64,000 nucleotides of DNA from Octopus sinensis (Eukaryota). The position numbers were made by a program, and so were the translations under genes. The notes beneath the pieces were generated by a model. That model made no database searches, was not told the DNA's origin, and saw nothing but the letters and a program-made list of their open reading frames with translations. The stretch lies in assembly GCF_006345805.1 (NCBI RefSeq), contig NC_043002.1:69998001-70062000 (forward strand), read 5' to 3'. Below, piece by piece: positions 63,907 to 64,000 of the stretch (positions are counted from its first letter, which is position 1; every line of letters starts with the position of its first letter).

Positions 63907-64000
63907 GATTTCTTTTTTCTTTTATTTTTAAACAAGAATGATAATAATTTGTTTATATAGCTACAGGATGCTAAAACAAACAAACAAAACCTGGTGTATT

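Overview
AT-rich animal genomic DNA saturated with (TA)n, (CA)n, (CATA)n, (TAA)n and (CTT)n microsatellites. The interspersed repeat families look like those of Octopus or a related coleoid cephalopod; this is an inference from recalled repeat families, with no search run. Almost all ORF-track entries are microsatellite or antisense artefacts. The only confidently recognised host-gene sequence is the last coding exon of an ACBD5-like peroxisomal tail-anchored protein (+, 1076-1195), which the ORF track reads in the wrong frame. The rest is intergenic or intronic and contains several tRNA-derived SINE families, Tc1/mariner elements (a young DD34D mariner, a decayed mariner, a DD37D element, a MITE), an internally deleted piggyBac, a hAT-type MITE, Helitron/Helentron-like non-autonomous elements, R4/Dong-like RLE LINE fragments nested in (TAA)n, an RTE fragment and at least three Penelope-like element (PLE) remnants. 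The most interesting signal is a set of about ten minimal type-I hammerhead-ribozyme motifs in 4-5 sequence families. They include a family with a fixed U at core position 6, two back-to-back copies in a 410-bp foldback, a same-strand pair 245 nt apart, and one inside a tRNA-headed SINE. Several low-confidence exon candidates of unidentified genes are flagged. Several reading-frame breaks are single-base changes in homopolymer runs, so assembly indel errors are likely.
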